Positions 22,490 through 34,400 of a DNA stretch of 64,000 nucleotides are shown here, in pieces. The stretch comes from Phoronis australis (taxonomy: Eukaryota; Animalia; Phoronida): NCBI GenBank assembly GCA_002633005.1, contig NMRA01000003.1:843452-907451 (forward strand), given 5' to 3'. The position numbers were made by a program, and so were the translations under genes. The stretch's first letter is position 1; every line of letters starts with the position of its first letter. The notes below the pieces were generated by a model. It was not told where the DNA came from and did not search any database. It saw nothing but the letters and a program-made list of their open reading frames with translations.

Positions 22490-25400
22490 CTACAATAGAC
22501 AACAGATTATGAGAAAAATGTTCATAAATCATGTTGGCAAACTACAATTATCACCAAGCTTGTCTGAAATACATGGCACAAGAATTAGTAAGTTAAAAAA
22601 CTGCAAAGTTCAAACAGGAAGATATCAAGTGGGGGTCACGTGAATCTTTCTGGTGAAGCCATCAATAAGCTCCGTCTCGTCCTTGGTTTTATGGTGTACA
22701 ATTAGGTATGCAAACCGTATATAACTCCAGTAAAAAACAAAATGAAGGGACCCTCCCCAAAATGATGATTTTTATTTCATTTGTTTATCATGACTAGTTT
22801 TCAATACACCATATGCTGCAAATTTAAATTCAGGACATTATACTGGTAGATTTCAAAGCAAGATTCACACACCCATCCACGGTTCATCGAATGTCCAGCA
22901 TCATGAAGCAGTTAACCATTGTAAGGCTGTGCTCAGCTCAGCTGGACAAGGCAATAGCCAGTTTCCATAATGCAATAACTTAAGTGGGTAGACTACAATC
23001 AGCATTCTATGCTCTTATACGGACATAGCCATGAGTGGCCTATCACACATAGTGAAGAAGACAGCATCTATGCAGGAATGTTAGTGATTGGCTTTTGGGT
23101 AGACAATCCAGCCAAATGCACCATGGCTTACAAAGCACAATATTGATAAGACCTATCCTGTCTGATTGTAAATACCATAAAAACCAGTCAAAATGATTTT
23201 TAATGAAACAAAAAATTCACCCACAAGTATTTTTCTTATACTGTTAGGTTCAGAGTGACTTCACTATTCAAATACATCAATCAGGTTTGGAATCCTTCCG
23301 CAGAAGCGAAAGGCCTGATTTGTGTTGTTTATCTATAACCAAAAAACTAAAGAAATGACGGAAAATGACGAACAATTAAGATAACTTTTGTCCGATTATC
23401 ATGTAATTTACAGTTATTTTGTTGATGAGCCAATGATGATTAATCTCACTCAGGTGTACTTGCACCCATCAGTTCATGATGGATTATGTATGATAAGAGA
23501 TAAGTAATCCCGCATTTCAGATTTCACTCTTGTGCGCATTCCCACCCTTTTCATAAATGCTCTGCAGCCATCATATTATGATTGCAGCTGCTGTGCAGTG
23601 AGTTGATAAAATGAATCGCACAATGTCTCAAAATGCCCTTGAATGAAAGAAGCACGCAAATGTCCCCTTCAACTTGCCCAGTCTCTTACGTACTGAAATG
23701 GAGTTAAGCGAAAGACCTGTCGTGGTCAACTTACAATGCTGCACGTTGAATTTTACCAAATGACTACTGCCGAAACAGATAATATATTGAGCTTGCCGAT
23801 TATATGATGAGCTAGTCATCAGAGCTAGTTAAGTGAAGTGTGTATTGGCCTTGTGCACAAACCTTGACCCTTCTCTTTGAAAGGAGCAGCACTTCTGAAT
23901 TTTCATCCACCAGGCCGTGATAGCTATATGCATTTACATCAAGACAGAAAATGTCAAATGACAGACTGCCACAATACAAGTGTTTGGCTAAAAATACGAA
24001 AATAGTTAAAATTTTTGTTGCCCTTTTGTTAATGTTTTTGCTTAATAACCACTAAATGTACAAATGCCACATGCCTTATAATTGCTACCATGTGCATCTG
24101 TACATACTCACCGCTGCACCCTTCTGGCCTGGCTGACCCTTTCGGCCTCGCTTTCCTCGTTTTCCCTGAAAAATACAAAAATACATTAATGAACAGAGGG
24201 TAGTTGTCAAGGTGATGATTGATGATTGATGATGGTGGTGATGATGACAACAAGATGATGATGATGATGATGACAACCATAATGATGTGACGATGAGGAT
24301 AATAATCATGAAAATAATAAACGCTATGATGACCACGCTCCAGTCACCCGCCATTCCACTTGATGAAAGTCTCAAGATGAGATCGAAAGCTAGTGTTTTC
24401 CAAAACATCAATGACTCCGACAGGTAACTTTCCATTACTCAGCTCAGTCACAAACTACTGATCCCAATGTGTGTGTCCTCTTGAAGTTGTTTGTAACCAA
24501 CACACAACAACAAGATTTAACACTATAGCCCAACAACCGTAGCCAATATCTTACACGACTGATTAACTCCATTTTGGCATTTATGGTTGGAGGGCCTGCG
24601 CTCTTTTGTTCAATAATTGCTCTAATCTCCGATCAGATCATATCTAGCCTGACTGGGCTGGGCTGATAAAAATGAAAGTTAAGTTACAACATATTTGAGC
24701 TTAAACCAATAGCATTTCTGAATTCCTCGTCAAATGCTGATCATGTTCCGTTTTTGAATCACCAAAATCGCCCAACTACAACAGAAGTTAAGACAATCTA
24801 TTCTGTCCAAACGGATTACCAACGCACAGGGTTTGACTGTGTTCTGAATACGCATTCCGTAATAGCGTGCAACCACCATACGTTTCCTTTGAAGTCTGGG
24901 AGATAATTGGCCTGCTTGTTATCATACGGCACAAAAGACTGAGCTGGGCAGTTAACAAAAGAGCCACATGTTATCGCACGTTCAGCACCCCTCAGGTCTG
25001 GAAAAGTTACTGAACGACAGAACGCTGTAATGAAAACCCACCTTCTCTCCCTTTTCGCCATTTAATCCCTGTAACAAAACAAAATTTAGAGATAAGTCTA
25101 ATTGACAAGTAAGCGATTCAAAACCAATAGCAATTTCAAAATATATTAATGTACTTAGTTCTTACAACGAATTGTATAAAGCAAGGCGGAAATGTGTTCA
25201 CTCATTCACAACTCATTACATTGCACATANCCAACACGAAAAACGGATTTGGTCTTTTGGGCATTTGAAGACTATTTTAAATACGACAAATTTGTTAAGA
25301 ATTGACGGCACAAAATATAAAATGTGTAATAAGCATTACAAAAAGAAGTAGGTTTCGTGCGCAAACGCTGTGGACCATAAACTGCAACAAGTAGGTCTCT

Positions 25401-28400
25401 TAGTACGAGATTAGTAGTTGAATCGTGGTGGTGTAGTGGTAACGCACGCGCGCCCTATCCGCCAGGTAATGAGTTCGAGTCTTTGTTACTTGCAGTTTTT
25501 CCTGTTTGATACGTTCTCCGTGTTTCTTTTGCCTTTTTTTTCTTGGATAATAGTTCAGGAATCAAGGAAAATGCTTGAATTTTAGAGGTAAAAATGGTGC
25601 TATGCGCATCTACAATCGTGGTTCAGATTGCGCAAATACTTACAGCCGGACAAAATATTGCCCCCCCCTTGTGATATCCTAGATCCGCCACTGAGGTGGG
25701 TGCTTCTTATTTACCTGAGGCCCAACAGCACCATCCATTCCATCTATACCATCCAAACCAGGTTCACCATTGTCACCTTTCTCACCTTGATCACCTTTCA
25801 GACCCTCTGACCCAGGTAGTCCCTATTGGCATAAATACAAGTGTTAATATAACAAGGGAAATACCACATCATCTTCAATTACTAAAGCAGTATACCAGTC
25901 TCCTTTTTAAGCTTAATTTTGAGAATTTCATGGTCCATTACGTAGACTTGTTAAATCAAATGAAGTTGATGGAAGGAAAGGTATAAAATAGTAACAACAG
26001 TTACTTATAGAAGACTTTCAAACCTGACTTAATAATTTTAAGTCATGTCCACATTAGAAAACACCCTTGCCTAGAGCACCTTGACCCTGTTCAGCCATGA
26101 GGCCACTCTACATAACCTACACATTGAAATAAATATGGTGCAAAAATGATTATTAGACTATCCTATGTGTGTAGCTGTGCAAGCGCACAGCTGGTAATTA
26201 TGTCCGCCTTGTCTGCAGGTCTGCAACCACGCAATGCCTTCCGTTGGTGCAAGTTATCCTAGATCAAAGTACCCTACCTCGAAAGGGGTACCTTGTCACA
26301 TGCATGTCAAGTTGCCACAATGCAATTAAAGAAAATATTCCAGGTGGTCTAATACGTATTACATTAGACATGTGCAGGCCCACTCAGCCGGGGCCCATTA
26401 CACCAATAACTTGGGTGGACGGCACTTGACATTAAGTATTTTATTAGAGACTGAAAACAAACACCTAAACATTTTACTCAGATGGTAGACCACTATACCC
26501 ACTGGATAAACGTTTTCATGACAGGATCACGAAATAAAAGGTTTGCATAAAAACATGGCAATGACTTCTGTTTGCGAGCTGCTAGTTGCTTTAATAAATC
26601 TTTTAGTTATTTGGCAAAAGTCTTTGAGGAAGGACTTGGAAAGGTTTTCAGAAGAGCCACTTAGTTAAATATGACATTAACTTTAATCACAGTATTTTTC
26701 TGACATGGACTAAGATTGAATACAATAAAACCAAAAAACAGCTCTGATGTTGGTGAAAGTGTGTGTCAAAATCCAATTAACATCAACAGCATGTCATGGC
26801 TTGATGCAATTGTTGTCATCACATGTAAAAGGTCATGAAACGGAGTCATTGGTCTGCAACATGTAGTTGTTTTTAGTACAAACAGAAACAAAGAACGAGT
26901 GTGCTGAAAAATTCTAATTTTTGGACTAACAAACTAAAAACATGTACATAATTTAGACATGACTGGTGCTAAGTTATTTCACAAACTAACAAGATTAATC
27001 TGGTTATTTTGTTATTTTTTGCAATCCTTACCATACAAAGTAACAAGGCTAGAATATAAGTTCTGTAACATCAATGTAAAAATAATAACCAAACTAATTT
27101 CGTTATTTCTGCAATGTTATTGTGACTAACATCCCATCAGTGGTAAACTTACACTACTCAAATGCTTTTATCGGTTTGGCTTAAATTAGTTGAATGTTTT
27201 AAATGTGTGTATTACATAAAGGTGCCATTAAATCAGCTTTCAGTAAAAAGTAACTTTTGATTTATGCCACTTGCCATTATGAAACTGGTTTCAATATTAA
27301 ATTTTATTCCTTGCTTAGATTAAAAATGACTTCTGGTCTTGGGGACTGTCCTTTATTACTCGAGACCATTGCTCGGTGCATCAAAATGATTAGCTATGGG
27401 TCGAGGAAAGGGCAAAAAATAGTTAATAGAAAAATCAAACTTGATTTGTAATTTTGCCCTTTTTGGACACTAAGAGTTAGTTCTCGTTTCCACCAACAGG
27501 TTTGATTTTCCAAACAGGTTAGGATTTTTACTAGTAAGGTTTGATTTTCCAAACACGAGTGATTTTTATGAGTTAGGTTTGATTTTACGAATTAGGTTTG
27601 ATTTTTAGGAATTCGGTTTGATTTTTACGAATTAGGTTTGAATTTTTCTATTAACTATTTTTTTACATTCCCACGGCCCATAATGAGCCAGGTCAAACCA
27701 AATGGTTGAGTCTGTCCAAAAATCACATCTAATCTTAGTAAAGAACAACAAAAAATTGAAACCAGTTGGGTAAGTGGTCTAAATCAAAAGTTAAATGTTC
27801 ATGACAGAAAGTTGTAGCAGCTTCAAATAAACCAGAAACTAAAACATGCGCCAAACACTATGATGAGAGGAACATACGTAAAAGGATGAGGTAAAAGCCA
27901 GGTGAGGTGAACTGCACAAAACATTGGGTGGGTATGCTACTGAAAACTTACAGGCAATCCAAACGACCCTGGCTCACCCTTGTAACCCTTCTGACCCTAA
28001 GAAAGGCATTGAAAACTAAGAACATAATATAAACACAAAAGTTTAAAAACAATATCTGCCCTAGAAAACAATACTTCCAGGAAAATGTGGGCTCTGATTC
28101 TACACAAATTAGGGATAACATGCATTTGTTTGAAATTTGACATTGATTTACCGAATGTTCAAATGTTAATATTTAAATTGACAACTGTGTGAAGACTATC
28201 CAATAAAGCAGGACTTGATAACATAAAAATGTATTGTAATTTAAACAAAGAAAGCAGCAAATTTTCAAGTTTAACACTAAGACAAGAACACAAAACCATG
28301 GCTTCAATTTGCCAACATAGGTAAAACCACAACAGTGCAACTAGAAACTCATTGAAGAAAGTGTGTAGACTTACAGTGTCACCTTTAGGGCCACGATACC

Positions 28401-31400
28401 CTATTTCGCCCTGAAATGTCAAACAAAAATGTTTTAGCTTGCATGAAACCTTGCCACGAATCAAGTAACTTGAAATAGCCACAAAAAGGATGTGATCAAA
28501 AAAGTTTTGTTACCAAAATCTACCTTTAAAAAGGTCACAGCCTTACTTGTTGAATATAAACTTAAAAGAACAATCAAAAGCATATTAAATGTTTTCACAT
28601 TTTTCAAGCACTTCTCAAAATGTATTTACCTTAACGCCAGGTGGTCCCGTGAGACCCATTGGTCCCTAAAATAAAAATGTCATATGAGAAAGCTGATTTT
28701 ATATCATACGATTTTAATATAAACGGCGAGTCCATTCTTTGTTGAATGATGTTTAGGTAAATCACTGTAGAAATAACACCATAAGCCAGTTTCATGGAAA
28801 GTAATTAAAACCATTGCTAACGAACCTCCAAAAGAACCTTACCTCACAATCAGTGCCAATGGGAATGTTTAAGCGTGACTTTATGGAACAATCCGATCAA
28901 ATACGTGGCTTGCAAACCACAATATGGACAAGCTCTTAAGCCTGTCTTCGAGCATCCCATAAACAACACAACACAACAACTTTATTAGGTAAGCACGATC
29001 ACAAAAAAATCAATTAAGAAAGGTCTTTAAACTCATCACACGCAAATAGTATTCTTCTGAGAGTGATGTCATGAGTTCAGAGTAGTTAGTAGTGGTAGTG
29101 GTTAGTAGTAGTAGTAGTGTTGGTGTTAGTGGTAGTGATAGTGTTAGTGGTAGAGGTAGTGTTAATGGTAGAGGTGGTGTTAGTGGTAGTGATAGTGGTA
29201 GTGTTAGTGGTAGTGTTAGTGGTAGAGGTAGTGTTAATGGTAGAGGTGGTGTTAGTGGTAGTTTTAGTGGTAGTGTTAGTGGTAGTGTTAGTGATAGTGG
29301 TAGAGGTAGTGTTAGTGGTAGAGGTAGCATTAGTGGTAGTAGTTAGTGTTAGTCGTAGAGGTAGTGACAGAGGTAGCGGTAGTCGTAGTGGTGGTACTCA
29401 TGACAGTAAATCGAAACCACAAGTCATGAAACCCCTAGCCTTAGGGGCGGGGTAATTTTGTTTATGGTGGTTTGCGTACGATTGTTACAGAGAGATAAGT
29501 TAACCTCGCATTTCAGATTTCTCTCCCATGACTGTCCACAGCTATGCATTAGATAGTTGGCCTGTTCCTGGCACCTTGTACTCAGTCTATAGATTTGTAT
29601 AAGAAGCATTTTTATTAGGATCTCAAGTCCTTTTGTATGCCATATGATTTAATAGATTAGTGATGACTTGGGCAACAATGAAAACACAGGTTAAAATAAC
29701 TTAATTCATATAGTGCTGACGAAAACTGATGGTTTTTAGATCTGTTCAGCATCTGAAATCGAATTCTTTGTGAAGTTGAGTTTAGAATCATATTTACTCA
29801 AATAAATACAATAAAAAATGGCCAAAATAGATGCGGTAGGTTTCGGTACTTGAGTACCTGTTAATGAAAATAGTTCCATTTGGTTTTAGCTACTCTTTGA
29901 ACATTGGTCGCAATATAAATTACAAAATATGAGAAGGTGAAATTATTTTCTGAAATAGTGTGTGAAGCACAAGAAATTTCTGACTTAATTCTCGAGTCAC
30001 TTTTCACGAAACAGAACTCATAACTTACTTGACAAAGCTAATGTTATCCTCACTATCACAATAGCCTACCGTGCAAGGTAGGATATTGGAAGAGTACGGT
30101 CAAATTCGACTCTGCATCAATCCCCTTGCATGCGCTTTCTATGGCCTGCATAAAGGTGCATAAATCGTCTACAGTGAAAAGACATATAACCTTTAACTTT
30201 TTTGTCTTAGCCAACAGAAAATGTGAATTAACGATTGTTTAGACACAGTGAGACATTGAGTTGACTGTGTGTATAGCACTCCCACCATGCCAATCATGAC
30301 TAACAAGAACAAGTATCAGACAGAAACCGTCACTTACTATGGGCCCAGGCTCACCAGGGGGACCAGGAATCTGAAATAAGAATAAAGTAACAAATAAGTT
30401 TGACTGTCTGAAGCAACTGCTAAACCTTCTGTGAATTTGTAAAGCATTGCTTCTGTATGGTGTTGAAGGCATTATGTTTCTGACGTCTTTCTATTTTACA
30501 AGTCTCTATATGTGCAGAAATTTGGAAAAGCGGGAACAATACGTACATACAGGAAATACGTCAGACAACACGGGTTTCTAAAAAAAGATCCAATCAATTC
30601 CAGAATTTGTTTCATAATACAACTATAACACATTATTACTAAATAAATGGTTATGTTCATTGGAATCAACAGCTGACTAGAAAGACAACTTCAATTGATG
30701 AGACTGTATGCTTCATCATGTTGTCTTGGACTGATGCCAGAATGCATGAGTTAAGGGTTTGGAAAGAGCAGTTGAAAACATCGCCTAATGTCATCTCAAA
30801 TACAAAAGGTTCCTCTTCTTCTATGGATAAATTTCAGTGTCTGAGATTGAACATACTGTCATGAATTAATGTATGTATTCTGAACACTCTTACCCCTTCT
30901 CCACTCCCATCATGCACTCCAGGAAGACCCTGTGGAAAACATAGCAACAGTTTCTCAGTCATATCAGCTGAAACCAACCCGGTTGCTACAAACAAGTCAT
31001 TCATCAGGTTGTGTACACATGTCCAGTCATCACATTGTATTGCTCAGCCAAGTTACACAACAGAGGTTGAAAAAACAGAAAAGAAACAACAGTTGCAATG
31101 AACATATTTTTCTTTTCCTGGTCAGTTGTAGTAAGACATTAAAAAGTTCAAATTTCAATGATGGGCTTAGTCTTTGTAATCTTCAGTGTTTAAAACTGGC
31201 AGGAAAGAATATTTTCACAAACAGGAAGCAACTATCACTGACACCTGTCACTGTTCCCTAATCCACAAACAGAATAAACTGGTCATAAATGTCCAAGTGC
31301 AGTGGTAAGTAGCTCTTGTATTTTCAACAGGTTAGCATTCTTAGCTGCCTGCAGCTGGGAAATGCGATGCAGCGCCCAATGAAATGGGTCAACGATATGC

Positions 31401-34400
31401 TTGATGAACAAAACTATAAGTTTCTCTGACCTCAACCATCGCAAGCATGCCATGAATAATTTGCTTACAAAGCACGCATTTCTAGAAATATGCGGCAATG
31501 GTCCTTCAACCTTGTTCGCAGTAGAAATCAGGGTATACAGAGACTCATTAACAAATTCATTTTTCGTGTAATATTCAATATTGAAAAGAAAACATGTATT
31601 TCTGAGCATTAAGCCATGATTGGCCATGCAGACTCACACGAGGCCCTTGCGGTCCCATTGCACCAATGGGACCAGGTAAACCAACTTCACCTTTCTCTCC
31701 AGCTTCTCCCTAAAGAAATACACAGACGCCTTTGATAAACAAGTTAACGTTCGTTTGCAAGACAAGTTAATATACACCTAAGACTTCTCACAATCTCTGA
31801 CGAGTAATATGCTCTGCAACTCTTTTTGGTCTAAATACAGAAAAATCGAATCTAATACTTAAATTTGCTTACTTGATTTTGCAATGTTACCTCTGTCTCT
31901 CACAGACTTCAGCTTGGCTAAAAGTTGAAGTCCATGAGAGACGGTCGCAACGTCACTAACTCAAGTAAGCAAATTCCAGTATTAGATTCGATTTTTCTGC
32001 ATTTTGTTACCTTAAGTGGATGTCTTAAAACTTTCATGCTTTTATCTTTTTGGTCTATAGAGGGTACCAACAAGATTAAAATTAAATGAATCATGCACTT
32101 CCATGGAACTTCAAAATTCCAGGTTCATCAAAGAAAATCTCTTATTTTTAAGTAGATCATTGGAGATTCATTGAAAGTATTACAGAGCAGAGACTGTAGA
32201 AATTTTAAAGTTATATTTTCAATCTGAAAAGCAGAGAAAGTCTGCCAATAAAATTAGTTAAAACAACAGCATTTTTGCAACACAACAGATGCACAAAATT
32301 GTTAAGGCTGACTCATCCCAAACAAAAAGTTTTTCAATTTTTTAACCACAAAAACCAGATGTTATCCTCTTTCCACGGCCCACTGAATTCAGCTCCATTT
32401 TACTCAAAGGCTGCATCACTTTCAAGCAGTTTTGGTGGAGGCCCACTTAGGCATGTAATTTTCTTAACCAATCTGCATCTTTTGTTTATCATTATTCTGT
32501 TGTAATCACGTATTAAACAGTCTCAAATTTCCACTATAGGAAGCATTTAGGTGATAGATGTTCATGAGGGCTGTACCATANGGGCTATTCATTGTACACG
32601 CCTGTGGGCGTTTTTTGCATGCCCATCTTGCAGAGTCTTAGTTAGTTTTATCTATTACGTCATAATAAATGACAATATTCGCAATCCTCCTCTTGTTTTA
32701 CTCTGCAACATAGCTCGTGGCGTACCCCGGGCAAAATAGATTACGATAAAAAATAAAGTAATATAAAATTTCAACCACCATCAAGAATCAGCACTTATTT
32801 TACAGTGCACTGCTGCAGTACTTTGTATTAGAGACGTCCATCTAAAGGCAGCTGAGAGACCATTACCCCAGATGACCATCGATCGTCATTACAAACATGG
32901 CAAAACCGCTATGTCTCGTCAATGTCTTTATTATGTGAACAGAATGTAAATAATTCAAAAAGGATTTGATTATTTAGCTGATGACATCAACTTAGTCATT
33001 AATGTGACAGTATTGCTATTATGTGTGCACACTAGTATTAATAAGTGTAGTATTAGGTCGCACACCATGGAATAAACAAGATCATTAAGTTGTCAGTTAG
33101 TTTGTACAAGCTTTATTGAAAGCATATCATAATTACTAACCTTCCTCCCTCGACGACCTCGAACTCCCTTGTCACCGGGCTCTCCTTTCTCAGCAGGATC
33201 TCCCTTTTCACCTGGATCTCCCTTTTCACCCAGATCTCCTTTTTGTCCAAGATCCCCCTTTTCACCGAGATCTCCCTATAACAAAACATAACCATTCTTA
33301 TAGGGATTACAGCTTAAGAAAAAACAAAACCTTGTTGAACTTGCAAAATACTTAATTCTAGTTTACTCTTTAATATGAGTATTTTGTAATCATAATTACA
33401 ATAACATATGCCAGTATTTTATAACACCGCCATCATCAATAATAATGGTAATAATGATTTTCTTAATGAACAGTACAAAGTATAGCAGCAGTTGTGCTAT
33501 ACCAATAATTATTTTTACTGTTTTAAAGTCTTCATAAAAATAAAATGAAAGTTACCAAAAATCCTGATTTTCAACAATAAAATTTAAGGTAACAGCAAAT
33601 TTCACATTACATAAACTTTCACCTTTTTTCTAAAAATTAACTGACACCAGTTAGACACAACACGCACAAGAGCAAAGTGACAGAAAAGATTATTGCATTT
33701 AGACAACTTCTAAACTATGACTTGAATTATAATTATGCGTTGTATTAAGAATTTGTTGAATGCACGACACTTTTCATTGTTCACGGTCTTTATTCCGTTG
33801 CGTTCATACTTTCTGAACAAAACTCTACTCTCTACTGAACATAGACACAGTAACGGACCTAGCGACATAATTAAAAGACACACGATATTTCGAAACATAC
33901 TTGTTTCATTCTCAAGTGAAGATAAAATGACGCAGTAATGCCACCACAGAGTATAAGCTGACGACACACACACTGAGACACGGCGGGTGTGAAATACTAC
34001 TAAAGAATTGGGGTAACGTGTGTCTTTTAATTATGTCGCTAGGTCCGTTACTGTATCTATGTTCAGTAGAGAGTAGAGTTTTGTTCAGAAAGTATGAACG
34101 CAACGGAATAAAGACCGTGAACAATGAAAAGTGTCGTGCATTCAACAAATTCTGTATAACAGAAAACTTGCTCCCGAAGTAGTCAGTTGTATTAAGATGA
34201 AAGCCATCAGAGGGTCCTGGGAGATCGATGAATTTAACTCATAACTCACTTACATGATAATGACTTGTACGATCATTTATTGAAAGTACATTTTAGATGT
34301 GTAAGAAAGTTTAACAGTCATTGATAATCAATCTTCAGACCACTACTTCACTCATGAGCTTAAGGTGACATACAGATGAATAATGCATATATTCATGTCA

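Noticed and set aside
24029-24435. ORFs with poly-Ile, poly-Ser and poly-His and a TM-like stretch upstream of a collagen exon
   Set aside because: They derive from the (GAT)n microsatellite in the intron; the true exon is bounded by the acceptor at 24166-24167.
25421-25495. Functional tRNA gene
   Set aside because: A and B boxes are present, but acceptor and T stems do not pair convincingly and the sequence sits inside a repeat.
29010-29455. ORFs encoding Leu-Pro-Thr, Ser-Gly-Val and poly-Val repeats
   Set aside because: These are translations of a simple GTA/GTG/GTT repeat, open in several frames on both strands, with no splice or coding signal.
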